From positions 868,001-932,000 of the forward strand of contig NC_086110.1 in assembly GCF_963921235.1 (NCBI RefSeq): 64,000 nucleotides of DNA. The letters run 5' to 3'. Below, one piece after another: positions 1 through 14,000 of the stretch (its first letter is position 1; each line of letters starts with the position of its first letter). Under the pieces are notes generated by a model. It saw only the letters and a program-made list of their open reading frames with translations, was not told where the DNA came from and did not search any database. The stretch comes from Mobula hypostoma. Lineage: Eukaryota. Both the position numbers and the translations under genes were made by a program.

Positions 1-18
1 TAGTGGTGCTAAGTAGTT

Positions 19-272
19 GCACATGGAGCACTCAGTAAAACACTCATCCCCAGCAGTAGTAGTGACTGGGTCTGAAGCGGGTGTGCTGATGGTGGAGGAT
101 ACCATATTTAATTGGATAGTTGAGTTAATTAGCTTTTGGTTGGTCTAGGCGAGGGATTTAGCAGTTAAAAGTCTCAGGTTACCAAGGCATTGATGTAGTT
201 TTCGTTTGTGTTTAGTCTGAGGGCGGCTATGTATATAGTTTTTTTTTTCCACTTTTGGTCTTGCTTTGAGGT
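19..272 (+). mobile_element. Truncated LTR copy of the Gypsy family whose 3' LTR is at ~4880-5242
   Basis: Collinear similarity to 4910-5160 (GTAAAACACTCATCCCCAGCAGTA...TTGCTTTGAGGTA), then abrupt loss of similarity. Confidence 0.75.
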
Positions 273-1265
273 AGTACATGTAAGCAATTTAGAGGCGATT
301 CTATTAAGGCAATGCAATAATAATGCGGAACCTTACTCATAATTAAGTCAAAGCGAACCAAACAAGCAGCAATAATGCGAATGAAGAATTACTAAACCTT
401 ATAAATATTGAGGTTCAAGTTCAATGTATGTTTAATTATCATTTAATCATACATGTATATATCCAAACCAAACAGCATTCCTACGGGACCAAAGTGCAAA
501 ACGCATGGCCAACAGTACGGAACACATAGTTCATAGAATATATAGCACATATGGTTAAGATTTGAGACAAAAGCACACAGCCACAAAATATACTATTGCC
601 CATGATAATATAGCTAAAGAATGATTGAGAGTAATTTCTCCTTATCAAGCTGCTTCTTCATGGGAGGTTATGGAAGAGCTACAGCCAGCGAAAGCTGTAG
701 GTAGTATAGAGCGAAGAACAGAGGGAAGCACCCTGAGAACACTAGATGGTAGCACTAAGCACCCATCACACACAAAAAAAAATGGACGCAGTAATTCCAT
801 CTGCATCGTTATTAAGCACCCGTTGATTGGATGGACCTGCAGTACTTAAGGTGATTAGTATCTAGCAGTGACGTGATTGTAAAAAAAGATTATAAGACCC
901 TGTTGATTGGACATAGTGTCCGCCTCGTCTGGGAGCGCCACCATCTCATCGAAATCATGCTTGTCCGGCTGAGCACAGAGAGGGTACCAAGTCAGAATAC
1001 ATATTTTATACGTTATTATTATACAAGAGCAAATGTTTAATTAATCTTCTTATTGTGTGATGGTATTCGGATTGCTGATCACAAAGTCATAAGCTCAAAG
1101 GAAGAACTTAAACCGTATCTAATAGAGATAAAGCTATGGGTAACCCCATAAAGGGAGGTTATACTGTAGTCAGCTCCTCTTCAAATGCAGGTATGCTTCC
1201 TTGTTAATCTTCAACGGCTAGTTTAGCTGCCACTACGCACATCTCTACCTATCAATGAGGAGATT

Positions 1266-2134
1266 CAGTGGCATACAAAAATTTGGGCACCCTGGTGATA
1301 ATTTATTGTAAATAGTTAAGTAATTAGAAGACGAACTGATCTCCAATAGTCATAATTTTAAAGATGAAACATTCCTTTCAACATTTTAAGCAAGGTTAGA
1401 GTATTATTTTTCTTTTGTACAATTTTAGAGTAAAAAAAAAAGGGAAACGAACACCATGCAAAAGTTTAGGCACCCCAAGAGATTTGAACTCTCAGATAAC
1501 TTTTACCAAAGTCTCAGAAATTAATTAGCTTGTCGGGCTATGGCTTGTTCATAGTCATCATTGGCAACGGCCAGGACATGCAAATTTCATAGCTTTATAA
1601 ATGCTCTAACTGCTCAAACGTTGTCCTAACAATCAGCAGCCAGGGGCTTCTCTAAGCAGCTGACTAGCTCTCTGAAAACTAAAATAAATGATGCCCATAA
1701 AGCAGGAGACGGCTGAAAGAAGATAGAAAAGCGTTTTCAGCTAGTTGTTTCCTCAGTTGGTAATGCAATTAAGAAATGACAGTTAACAGGAACGGTGGAC
1801 GTCAAGTTGAGATCTTGAAGACCAAGAAAACTTTCCGGGATAACTGGTCGTAGGATTCCAAGAAAGGCAAATCAAAACCGCCGTTTGACTGCAAAAAGAC
1901 CTTCAGGAAGATTTAGCAGACGCTGGAGTGGTGGTGCACTGTTCTACTTTGCAACTACACCTGCACAAATATCACATTCATGGAAACGTCATCTGAAGAA
2001 AACCTTTCCTGCGCTCTCATCACAGTCTGCAAAGGAACATCTAAACAAGCCTGATGCATTTTGGAAAAAAACAGTCCTGTAGACTGATGAAGTTAAAATA
2101 GAACATTTTGGCGGGGTGAGGAGAGATATGTTTG
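1266..2134 (+). mobile_element. Tc1/mariner DNA transposon, 5' half, decayed transposase
   Basis: Begins CAGTGGCATACAAAAATTTGGGCACC, with an inner direct repeat near 1455 (CATGCAAAAGTTTAGGCACCCC). Transposase remnants such as RPRKL, KEHLNKPDAFWKK and TDEVKIE are broken by stops and frameshifts. Confidence 0.85.
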
Positions 2135-2143
2135 GACTAAGTG

Positions 2144-2410
2144 TGCTGTCACAATGGCAGAGCGTTGGGATCAAGGGTGGAACCAAATGCAAGACACATC
2201 ATGAGAGGTTACATCGATTTAGTTTATTGTTCGATCCCAGCAGAGCAAGGCAGGAGCAGGAGTAGCGAACTGGACAAGGACTCAGGACTATGACTAGGCT
2301 TGGACTAAGGGTCTGGGCTAGGACTCGGAATCGGCTCCCAGAACTGGAGGAGACATGAAGAGGCTAGGGTATGGACTCCGAGCCTAAGGCAAGACCCAGG
2401 CTGGCCTCTC
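2144..2410. mobile_element. LTR fragment related to the solo LTR at 25275-26923
   Basis: Starts TGTCAC...GGAACCAAATGCA and shares GGACTCCGAGCC and CCCAGAACT motifs with 25275-25500. Confidence 0.55.
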
Positions 2411-2419
2411 GGTTCTTTT

Positions 2420-5242
2420 CGCTTTCAATGTACACTGATGAGCAGACATATTGCAAAACGTGCCCAGACTGTCATAAAACCAGCGCTGTCCGTAAATCAG
2501 ACCGAGCACCCCACCGTTCCATGCTCGTGTTTACCACCCAATTTAGGCGGATTGCAATGGACATTGTGATGTCCCTGGAAAGACGCTCAGCAGGATATCA
2601 CTACATTCTTGTTTTATGTGATTATGCCACACGATTCCCTGAAGCTTTTCCTCTTCGGTCAGTGACCACTCCAAAACTAACCAGTGCGCTTCTCCAGCTC
2701 TTTTCTCGTGTAGGCATCCCGGACGAAATCTTGACCGACCAGGGAGACAACTTTACATCTCGCCTGATGAGCCAGCTCCATAAGGAGTTGGGCAAAACCA
2801 CTATCAGGACATCTCCTTATCACCCAGAGACAGATGGCCTGGTGGAGAGTTTTAACCAAACACTCGAGGATGCTCAGAAAGTTTGTATTTGCTACAGGGA
2901 AGGATTGGGATAAGTGGTTACACTTTCTCTTTTTTGCCTACAGGGAAGTGCCTCAGGCGTCTACCGGACTCTCCCCTTTCGAGCTGCTCTATGGTTAGCC
3001 AGTCCAGGGGTCCCTGGATCTGCTGAAACAGAACTGGGAGGAGAAGGTGGCAGCTAATCCTGTATAGGGGCAAGGTGTTTTATAATATGTCCTCCATATG
3101 AGGGACGGTTGGAGCGGTACCGCGAAGAGGCCAGACTCAACCTCCTGGAAGCCCAGAAGACTCAGAAGCGGTGGTATGACCAGCAGGCACACCAACGTGA
3201 GTTCAAACCAGGTCAAAAGCTCCCGTTGCTCCTGCCTTGCTTATCCAGCAAGCTGCTGGCCAAGTCGCAGAGACCTCTTGAGGTTATAAGGAGGATGGGG
3301 CCTACAACATATGAGATCCTGTATCCGGTGAAGGGAAAACAAAAGCAAACCTACCATGTGAACCACTTGAGAGCCTGCAGGGAAAGAAGGAGCCCTCCTT
3401 CCATCACCTCACCACTGGCACGCCGGGTGATTGAGGAAGATGACTCTGAAGGTGTAGTGGGGGCCTGAAAACAGCCTGCTAAGGTGCATCTCTCTCAACT
3501 GGATGGTAAGAAACCAGTTGAATTGCAAGTCATATTCAAGACCGTTCCTCAGTTTTTCACACAGAAATCAGGCCATACAGATGTGTCGCAGCATGCCATC
3601 GAGTCAAACCAGGTCAGACTCCAGTACGGCAGGCATGCTACCGAGTACCAGAACGTCTGGTGAAGACGTTGAAGTAGGAGGACTGCTTGAAGTTGGAGCT
3701 AGGAGTTATCGAACCATCTGAAAGTGAGTGGAGTAGCCCTATTGTCATTGTGCCGAAGAAGGATGGAACTCTTCGCATTTGCTTTGACTTTAGGAAACTG
3801 AATGCCATCTCATTTTTCGTTGCCTACCCGATGACCCGGATTGAGGACTTGTTGGAGAGGATTGCGAGAGCCAACTACATCACCACCTTGGACAGGGGCA
3901 TTGGCAGGTCCCCCTGGAGAGCTAGTCCCGGCCCTTCACTGCATTCAGTACCCCTCTAGGCCTCTTCCAGTTCACGGTGATGTCCTTTGGCTGACATGGT
4001 GCCCCAGTCACACTCCAGAGGCTTATGGACAGAGTGCTGCAAGGTTGTGAGGACTGCAGAGCGCCATATTTGGATGGTGTGGTCATGTTAGCCTGACCTG
4101 GGAGGAGCACCTTCGTCGAGTCCTGGGTGCAATCAATGCAGCAAAACTCACACTCAACCTGCAGAAATGTGAGTGCGTCAGGCAGCAAACCCGGTACCTG
4201 TGTTATCAGTTGGGGAGGGGTGAAGTCCGGCCTCAGGTGGATAAAGTCAAGGCCATTCTGAACTGTCCCAGACCCCGTACCAAGACCCAGGTCCGGTCTT
4301 TTCTTGGCCTAGTGGGCTGGTACCGACGGTTCATCCCTTACTTTTCAACCCGGGCAGCCCCATTGACCAACCTCACCTGCAAGTTAGCCCGTAATCCTGT
4401 GGAATGGAGTGTGAAAGTGCTTTCCAGGGCCTGAAGGAGAAATTATGCTCTTCCGCGGTGTTGCAGAGCCTGACTTTGAACGCCGCTTCCTGGAGCAGGT
4501 TGATGCTTCAGGTGTAGGCATCGGGGTGTACTGGCTCAGGAAGAGCCAGGTGAGGAACGTCCTGTGTTATATCTCAGCAGGAAACTTCTGCCCCGTGAAA
4601 CCCGGTACTCCACAATCGAGAAGGAGTGTCTGGCAATCAAGTGGGCGTTTGACAGCCTCAGGTACTACCTTCTTGGGAGGGAGTTTGACCTCCAGACGCT
4701 CCACAGAGCCCTGATCTTTATCTAGAGAAAGAAGGACCGGAATGCCTGGGTGACTAGGTGGTACCTGGAAGATTAACCTTTCAAGTTCTGTGTGCGGCAC
4801 AAAGCAGGCAAGGAGAACATCAAAACGGACTTCCTGTCAAGACTGTCAAACATTGCTGCTGCAGGAGAGGAGGGTGGTAAAGTGAAGAAGGCCCGTCACT
4901 GACTATGGATGGCACATGGCGCATTGAGTAAAACACTCATCCCCAGCAGTAATAGTGACTGGGTCTGAAACAGGCGTGCTGATGGTGGAGGATACCATCT
5001 TTAATTGGATAATTGAATTAATTAGCTTTGGTTGGTCTAGGGGGAGGGGCTTAGCAGTTATAAGCCTCAGGTTACCAAGGCTTTGGATTTAGTTTTCTTT
5101 TATATATTGTTATATGTTGTTTGTGTTTTTTTTTTCCAGTTTTTGTCTTGCTTTGAGGTAAATAAAAGCACCTCAATCTATTTCTTCGACTCAAGCCATC
5201 TGGTTATTTTTCTTAAACAATTGACCCACATTTCTTTTGACA
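2420..5242 (+). mobile_element. Gmr1-like Ty3/Gypsy LTR retrotransposon remnant (INT-RT-RH order) with 3' LTR
   Basis: Integrase (CxxC, RIAMDIV, ILTDQG, YHPETDGLVE; 2420-3470) lies before RT (IEPSESEWSSPIVIVPKKDG, 3690) and RNase H (DASGVGIG, 4500). Purine tract at ~4862-4878, then LTR ending ...TTTGACA. Multiple frameshifts. Confidence 0.88.
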
Positions 5243-5744
5243 GACTTATAGTTACAGTTTGACAATTTTATGAGCAACTACCGTTGCGTACTCACCATTG
5301 CAAAGCCCCACGAAAGCCAATTGTGCTTAAACAGTCCCAAACTCTTCTATTCTCTTGTTTTCCTTTATGTGCAAATTTCGTAACTTCCTTTTTCAAAGCT
5401 ACTCCATCAACAGTCAATTTAAGTTTGAGATGACCAAGAGGTAACAGATTGACTGAGGAAGTCTGAAGAAAGATACACGAATAGAATCACTGACTACATA
5501 ATTTGATGCAGGTGGTTTTTAAAGTCATCCATAATTCCATTTTCAAAACCTAGAATGCTATAAAGATTTCTAGTGATAAATTATGTGGTGGCAGGTCGGA
5601 CAAATAGTGGAGAATTAAACTAGACAAAAGAAAAAAAAATAAAATAAAATAAATACTTACCATTCGCTATGCCAATAACAAAAGGGATCAAATGTTGCCG
5701 AAATAGAAGTAAAACTAAACGACACCTCAAAGTCAAAATATTTG

Positions 5745-8700
5745 ATAGAATAGAACCATAGCACTACAGCACAGAAAATAGGCTATTCGGCCCTTTTAGT
5801 CTGTGCCGAAAGTTTATGTCGCTAGTCCTATTGACCTGCATCCAGTCCATAACCCTCCAGACCTCTCCCATTCATGTACCTGTCCAATTTATTCTTAAAA
5901 CTTCAGTGTGAGCCCGCGTTTACCACGTCAGATGGCAGCTCGTTCCACACTCCCACCAGTCTCTGAGTGAAGACGTTCCCCCTAATGTTTCTCCTAAACC
6001 TTTCCCCTTTCACCATAAAGTCATGTCCTCTTGTATTTATCTCTCCTAATCTAAGTGGAAAGAGCCTATTCACATTTACTCTGTCTATAACCCTCATAAT
6101 TTTGTAAACCGCATTCTTCTACGCTCCTAGGAATAAAGTACTAACCTGTTCAATCCTTCCCTGACACTTAACTCCTGAAGACCCACAACATCCTAGTAAA
6201 TCTCTGCACTCTTTCAATCGTAATGATATCCTTCCTATAGTTAGGTGTCCAAAACTGCACACAATACTCTAAATTTGGCCTCACCAATGTCTTATAGTAC
6301 CTCCCCATAACATCTCAACTGCTATACTCAATAGTTTGATTTATGAATACCAGGCTGCCAGAAGCCTTCTTTACAACTCTGTCTACCTGTGACGCCACCT
6401 TCAGGGAATTATGCATCTGAACTCCCAGATCTCTTTGTTCCTCAGCACTCATCAGTGTCTTACCATTTGCTGTGAATGTCCTACCTTGAGTTGTCCTTCC
6501 AAAATGCAACACCTCACCTTGTCAGTATTAAATTCTATCCGCCACTTTCTGGCTCACCCCTCCAATTGGTCCAGATCCCTCTGCAAGCTTTGAAAGACTT
6601 CCTCGCTGTCCACGCCTCCAATCTTAGTGTCATCAGCAAACTTGCTGATCCAATTTACCACATTATTATCTAGATCACTGATATAGACAACAAACAACAA
6701 TGGTCCCAGCACAGATCCTTGAGGCACACCACTAGTCACAGGCCTCCAGTCTAATAAACAATCATCCACCACCGCTCTGTCTTCTCCCACACAGCCAATT
6801 TCGAATGCAGTTTACAACCTCTCCATGGATACCTAGTGACTGAACCTTCTGAACTAATCTCTCACGAGGAACCTTGTCAAAGGCCTTACTAAAGTCCATG
6901 TAGACAACATACACAGCCTTGCCTTCGTCTACTTTCTTGGTAACCTCCTCGAAAACTCTACAAGATTCATTAAACACGATCTACCATGCACAAATCCATG
7001 CTGACTATCCTTACACACGAGGAGATCTGCAGATGCTGGAATTCCAAGCAGGCCAGGAAGCATCTATAGAATTGTACAGTCAACGTTTCAGGCCAAGATT
7101 CTTCGTCAGGACTAACTGAAAGAAGAGCTAGTAAGAGATTTTAAAGTGGGAGGGGGAAGGGGAGATCCGAAATGATAGGAGAAGACAGGATGGGGAGGGA
7201 TGGAGCTAAGAGCTGGAAAGTTGATTGGGAAAAGGGATATGAGGCTGGAGAAGGGAGAGATCGTAGACGGGAGGCCTAGGGAGAGAGAAAGGGAGGTTGG
7301 AGCCCAGAGGATGGGCAAGGAATTATAGTGAGAGGGACAGAGGGAGAAGAAAGAGAGAAGAAAAATGGAAAAAATATAAATAAATAAACCACCAACCAAC
7401 CAAATAAATAAATAAATAAGGGATGGGGTACGAAGGGGAAGCGGGGCATTAAAAGAAGTTAGAGAAGTCAATGTTCATGCCATCAGGTTAAACAGCCCTT
7501 GGCTGTCCAAATACTTGTATATCTGATCGCTCAGAATACCTTCCAATAATTTACTTATTACTGATGTCAGGCTCACCGGCCTGTAATTACCTGGTTTACT
7601 TTTGTAGTCTTTTTATTAAACAAACCGAACAACATGAGCTATCCTCCAATCCTCCGGCATGATACACGTGGCTAAGGACATTTTAAATATTGCTGCCAGG
7701 GCCCCTGTAATTTCTACACTCGTATCTCTCATGGTCCGAGCAAATATCATGTCAGGCCCGGGCGATTTATCTAACTTTATTCGTTGTAAGGCAGCAAGCA
7801 CCTCCTCCTCTTTAATCTCTATATGTTCCACGACACTACTGCTTGTTTCCCCTCCTTCCATATACACTATGCCAGTTTCCTGAGTAAATTCTGATGCAAA
7901 AAAAAATGTGTAAGATCTCCCCCATCTCGTGAGGTTCCATGCATAGACGGCCACTTTGATATTCTAGGGGACGAATTTTGTCCTTATTATCCTTTAATTC
8001 TTAATATACTTGCAGAAAACCTTCGGGTTTACTTTCACATTATCTGCCAAAGCAACCTCATGTCTTCTTTCTGCCTTCCTAATTTCCTTCTTTGGTATTT
8101 TCTTACATTTTCTATACACTTCAAGTACCTCATTTTTTTCCTTGTTGCCTATACCTGCTATACACTTCTCTCCTTTTTTTTCCCAACTAGATCGCCAATA
8201 TCCCTTGAAAACCAAGGTTCCATATGCCTCTTAACTTTGCTTCAATCCTGGCAGGAACATGCAAACTCTGCACTCTCAAAATTTCGCCTTTGAATGACTT
8301 CCACATACTGAACACATCCTTGCCAGAAAACAACTTATCCCAATCCACTCTTCCGAGATCCTTTCTCATTTCCTTAAAACCGGCCCTGCTCCAATTTAGT
8401 ACCTTAACTCGAGGACCAGCTCTATCCTTATCTATAATTAACTTGAAACTAATGACATTATGGTCACTGGACTCAAAATGTTCGCCTACTCATATGTATG
8501 TCACCTGACCTGTCTGGTTCCCCACTAGGGAATCGAGTATTCCATCCTCTCTCGTTGGTCTCTCTATATATTGATTTAGAAAACTTTCCTGAACATAATT
8601 GACTAACTCCTCGCCATCTAACCCTTTCACAGTGTGGGAGTCCCAGTCAATATGTGGAAAGATAAAGTCCCCTATTATTACAACTTTCTGTTTCTTACGT

Positions 8701-10390
8701 CGGTCTGCTATCTCTCTACATATTTGCTCCTCCAATTCTCTTTGACTATTGGGTAGTCTATGACGCAACCCTATTAGTGTGGTCACACCTTTCCCGTTCC
8801 TCAGCTCCACCCATTTGGCCTCTGTAGACAAGCATTCCGGGATGTCCTGTCTATGCAGAGCTGTGATATTCTTCCTGACTCGTAGCGCACCCCTCGGCCC
8901 TTCATCCCGCCCTCTCTGTCCCGTCGGAAACAACGGAACCCCGGAGCATTAAACTACCATTCCTGACCCTCCTGCAACCAAGTCTCACTAATAGCAATAA
9001 TGTCGTAATCCCAGTTGTCAATCCACGGCCTAAACTCAACCTTCTTACCTACAGTACTCCTTGCATTGAAATAGATGTAACTGAGAACATTTCTATCACA
9101 TACAGCCCTTTAATTACTTTCTCTACATGCAGTCCTCGCATGACCTTTGTCCACCTCCACCTCACTACCTGCTCTAACACTCTGGTTCCCCTCCCCCTGC
9201 AAATCTAGTTTAAACCCCCCTAGGTAGAACTAGAAAACCTACCCAAATGAATTTAGTTCCCCTCCAGTCAGGTGCAAACCGTGCCGTCGGAACAGGTCCC
9301 ACATTCCCTGGCACGAAGCTCAATGGTCTAGAATCATCAAGCCCTCCCTTCTGCACCATCTCGTTAGCCACGTATTTAGCTGCATTATCTTCCTATTTCT
9401 AGCCTCACTAGCACGTATCACGGGTAGAAATCCTGTGATTGCAACCTTGGAAGTCCTGTCCTTCAACTTTGCACCCAACTCCCTATACTTTGTTTGCAGG
9501 ACCTCATCCTCCTTCCTATCCACGTCATTGATCTCTACATGGACCACGACATCTGGCTGTTCACCCTCCCTCGTGAGAATACCGAGAACTCGATCCGAGA
9601 TATCGCGGATCCTGGCAGCAGGGAGGCAACAGACCATCCGGGATTCATAATCTCTCCCACAGAACCTCTTATCTGTGCCCCCCACCCCCAACTATCGAAT
9701 CCTCTATCACGACTGCTCTCTTTTTCAACTCCCTCCTTTCTGAGCTGAGAGTCCAGTCTCGGTGCCTCAGGCGTGACCACTACAACCTGTCCCTGGTAGG
9801 TCGTCCCCACCAACAGCATCAAAAACGGTATTCTTATTATTGATGGGAATGGCCACAGGGGTGCTCTGTTCATTCTGTCTACTCCCATTCCCTCTGCTGA
9901 CAGTCACCCGGCGACCTGCCTCCTGATTTTAGGGGTGACCATCTCCTTGAAACTCCTGTCTCTTTCCTCGTCTGCCTCAGGAATGATCCGAAGTTCATCT
10001 AGCTCCAGCTCCAGTTCCCTAACTCGACATGTCAGCAGCTGCAGCTGGATGCACCTTTTACACGTGTAGTCATCAGGGACAATTGTGCTCTCCCAGACTT
10101 CCCACATACCGCATGCGGAGCTCTCGACTGCCCTAACTGCTGCCTCCGTTACCTGCTCGTAAGTTAATTAAATTAATTAAAGGAACATACCCAGCCTTAC
10201 CTCACTGGGAGCAGACTCGTCCTCAGCCTCTGCTCGCCGAAGCCCCTCGAGCCAAAGCCTCAAAGCTCCACTCCTACCCTGAGCCACTCACACACTGGCT
10301 GTTCCTCTTCAGTTATACCTTCTTTTATTTGTCCCTGCAAATTATCACAAGCACTCATTCTCTCTATTCAACTAATCAACACTCTATTTA
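5745..10390 (-). mobile_element. Near full-length CR1 LINE (ORF1 zinc-finger/leucine-zipper + esterase; ORF2 APE + RT), disrupted
   Basis: RT motifs ([26 protein letters not shown]), APE (8490-8933), ORF1 CKRCIQLQLL...LELELDELR (9904-10107) and esterase-like MVCCLPAARIRDISDRV (9320-9691). Short-repeat 3' tail at ~5745. Confidence 0.9.
7012..7490 (-). mobile_element. Penelope-like element 3' end inserted into the CR1
   Basis: Minus strand encodes PDGMNIDFSNF (GIY-YIG C-terminus). Terminal motif ACGAGGAGATCTGCAGATGCTGG. CR1 RT resumes on both sides. Confidence 0.75.
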
Positions 10391-10950
10391 ACCCTTCAGT
10401 TGCCCTCCACGCTCCAATTTTAAGCACACGCAATGCCCTCCCGAGCCTCTCGCTCCTCCTGCTGCGACTGCCCCTACTGCCATGATGAGGCCAAACACAG
10501 GTTGGCGGAGCAACACCTCATATAAAGTCTGGGTAGTCTCTAGCCCCTTGGCATGAACATTGAATTCTCCAACTTCCGGCGAATCCCTCCCCTCCCTCCT
10601 CTTCCCCAGTTTCACTCTGCCCTATCCTCCAGCTCCTCCTTTTACTCATCATCGTGTTTTCCCCTATTTATTTTTCACCTTTCCTGCCTATTTCCTCCTT
10701 GCTTCTCTTTCCTCACCTCTTGATCTTTTCCCTTACTCGTTCTTCACCTGTCACCTACCAGCCTTCTCCTTCTCACCCTCTCCCCACCTTCTTTACATGG
10801 ACGCAGCCCCCTCCCTCTTCAGTCCTACGAAGGATCTCGGCACGAAACGTTGACTGTTCGTTTCCAGGGATGCTGCCCTACCTGCTGAGTTCCTCCACCG
10901 TGTTGCGTGTGTTGCTTTGACTCCAGCATCAGCGGAGTATTTTGTGTTTA
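10390..10950 (+). mobile_element. Penelope-like element 3' end
   Basis: Encodes CHDEAKHRLAEQHLI..LGSL.PLGMNIEFSNFR, followed by a pyrimidine-rich tract and the same terminal motif as 7012-7490 in opposite orientation. Confidence 0.78.
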
Positions 10951-11024
10951 CGTTCCTCGATCACAATGCCTTACAAAATTATACTGCATGGATCTTCGTC
11001 AGTGGGTTTAACTATAAATTTGTA

Positions 11025-14000
11025 GAAGACATCACGTGATGACGTAGGATTGAGAGGCGGAAATCCAGCTCTCCCGTAAAAAAAAAATCAGCAAAGTACC
11101 ATTAAAGCAACGAAAAGTTAATAAATAGTTTTTTTGAAAACTGCTTATAATCTAGTCAAGACTATTTTACGATATGCCTCGTAAACAGAAGCAGATGAAG
11201 ACTGCCGTTTTGATGACACCGCGAGATGGGAAGAAAAAAGGGCCTACTACGGGGATGGAACCTTGATCTCAGGTTGGATTTCCTTCCGAAGAGACGTATT
11301 TTATCTCTAGCGTTGAAGAACAGGGAGCAATGGCGGCGGCAGCGGTCCCTGGGAAGAAGAAGCGGGAAGTACGCATGCGTAAAGAAGTAGGCATTCTCAA
11401 ATCGGTACAAGTCGAACGACAGGAAACCGACTGCCACTGAAAGTGAGAGTGATCTGGATCAGAATCGGATTCCCCGGAGAATACAAATGAAGAAGAGGAG
11501 GAAGAAGAACACGAAGAGATTAAAAGTAAAGGATATCGTGGAGACGTGAGAGAGACTGTAGTGCAAATAATGCTTGAATTAAAAGGAACAAAAATAGAGG
11601 TTAAAAACATTAGGATTAGGTATGATAAAGCTATAAAAAGACAGGAGAAAACAGATAAGAGACTTCAAAAGTTGGAAAGAACAATGGAGGATACCAACGA
11701 TAGAGTGGAAAAAAACAGCAAATTATATTCTTGCCTGGAAACTGGAAAGAGATCGGTTGTGGGAAAAAGCGGATGTGTTGGAAATTTTTAGTTGGCGAAG
11801 TAATATTGAGATTGCTGGTCTTCAAGAAGGTATAGAGGGAGATAATCCGATAGAAATTTATCAAAGATGCATCCCGGAAAATTTGCAAATGGAAGAGGGA
11901 ATCGGTCAATTGAAATTGAACTGTCACATAGTGCTTTAAGAACAAAGCCACAACACGACCAGAATCCGCGATAATTTTTTTAATTATAAAATATTTAATA
12001 TTTCGAAACCAAGAAATGATTCTGCAGGCGGCTGCCCACGCTGCCAAGAACAGAAAAGGGCCATTGTTGATCGAAGGGAGGATTTCTTTTTTTCTACCCT
12101 GACATAAGTTATGAACTTCTGAAGAGAAGGAAAAAATTCAATCCAGTGAAAAAAATGCAATGGGATCATGTTTATCAATTTATACTGCGCTATCCTGCAA
12201 CCTTGTAGATATTTCTGGCTGGCGGAGAAAAAGTGTTTTTGTTTAATGACTACCAGATCATGCAGGAGTTTGTGCGAGAATCTGAGAATTCACCAGACAC
12301 AAGAAGAAATCTAGGGGAGCGAGATGGATTAAAGATGAAGGTTGGGACAGGGAATAGACTTGTTTGATATTTAAAGGCGGAAGAATATGTAAATATATTA
12401 CCAATTATATGATAGTGGGGAAAGAATGTAAAAGTTTGAGGAATATTAGTTGGGGATAGTGACAGTAATTATATATTTTGTTACGGGGAAGCTGGAAAAA
12501 ATACTGCCCAATCGCTACGGGATTCATGTGTGCAATCGTGGCGACAGCCATGACCTGCAAAATGGAGGGGGGTAATGTTGTGTTTTTTTTTTTTCACTCA
12601 CAACATTAGTAGAGTAGGGGGGTATATTGCTATTTTCTTTTTTTTATAGTTTATCTATCTTTTATTTCTTTCTTTTTGCCTGGATGATTGGGGGTGGGGG
12701 AACCACATAACAACATGGTGACTTTTAAGGAGATTCCAAAAGGAACTATGAGAGTTGAGATGTGAAGTAATGCTTTAGATTGGAATAATTTTGATAGGAA
12801 TAGTGACTAACTTATTGAATTTTCTGAGTTTTAACGTTAATGGGTTTAACGGACCGGTGAAAAGAAAAATACGAATTTTACACACATTAAACAAAAAGAA
12901 GGTAGATATAGCCTTCTTGCAGGAAACATACTTAACAGGAACAGAACATAAGAAGTTAAAGAGAGTCTGGGTGGGAAGTGTTGTTGCAGCTTCATTCAAT
13001 TCAAAAGCGAGGGGAGTACCAATTTTGATCAATAAAACATTACCAATTAGAATGCAAAATATAATAACTGATACTGCGGGGAGATATGTGTTTATACACT
13101 GCCAACATTTTTTTCCCGAATTATGGACTCTCATTTATGCACCAAATGAAAATGATGCAAAATTTATACAAGAAGCCTTTTTGAATGTGGCTGATGCACA
13201 TGATAAAATATTGATAGGTTGAGACTTTAACTTTTGTCTACACCCAGTCTTAAATAGATCAACCAAGGCTGTTACAAAATCGAAAGCTGTAAAACTAACC
13301 TTATCGTTGATGTAAGATTTAAATTTGATTGATATATGGAGAAGAATTAATTCCAAAGAAAGAGACTATTCGTTCTATTCTAATAGACATAAAACCTACT
13401 CAAGGATAGATTTTTTTTTCTCTATTATCAATGAATATTCAAGACAGAGCGAAAAATATAGAATATAAAGCGAGAATATTGTCAGATCATTCTCCTTTGT
13501 TAATGACAATAATGATGACGGATAAGGAAGAAGCGACTTATAGATGGAGATTTAATTCAATATTATTAAATCGTCAAGATTTTTGTGATTTTATGAAAAA
13601 ACAGGGTTTTTTTTGGATACAAACTCTCATTCAGTTGATGATAAATTTGTATAATGGGATGCGATGAAGGCATATTTGAGGGGTCAGATATTAAGTTATA
13701 CGTCTAAAATTAAGAAGGAATATATGGTAGAACTATACCAACTGGTAAAAAAAGATTAGAAAATTAGAAAAAGAATCTCAAGGACATACGATAGAAGAAA
13801 AACGAAGACAACTAGTCAATATGAAGTTACAATACAATATGCTTCAGACATATCGAATGAAAAAAAAAAACAATCATGAGAACTAAGCAAAGGTATTATG
13901 AGTTAGGTGAGAGATCACATAAAATTCTTGCTTGGCAGTGCAAAACAGAACAGGCTTCCAAAATGATGAATGCAATTAGAACAAGTGCAAATGAAAATTA

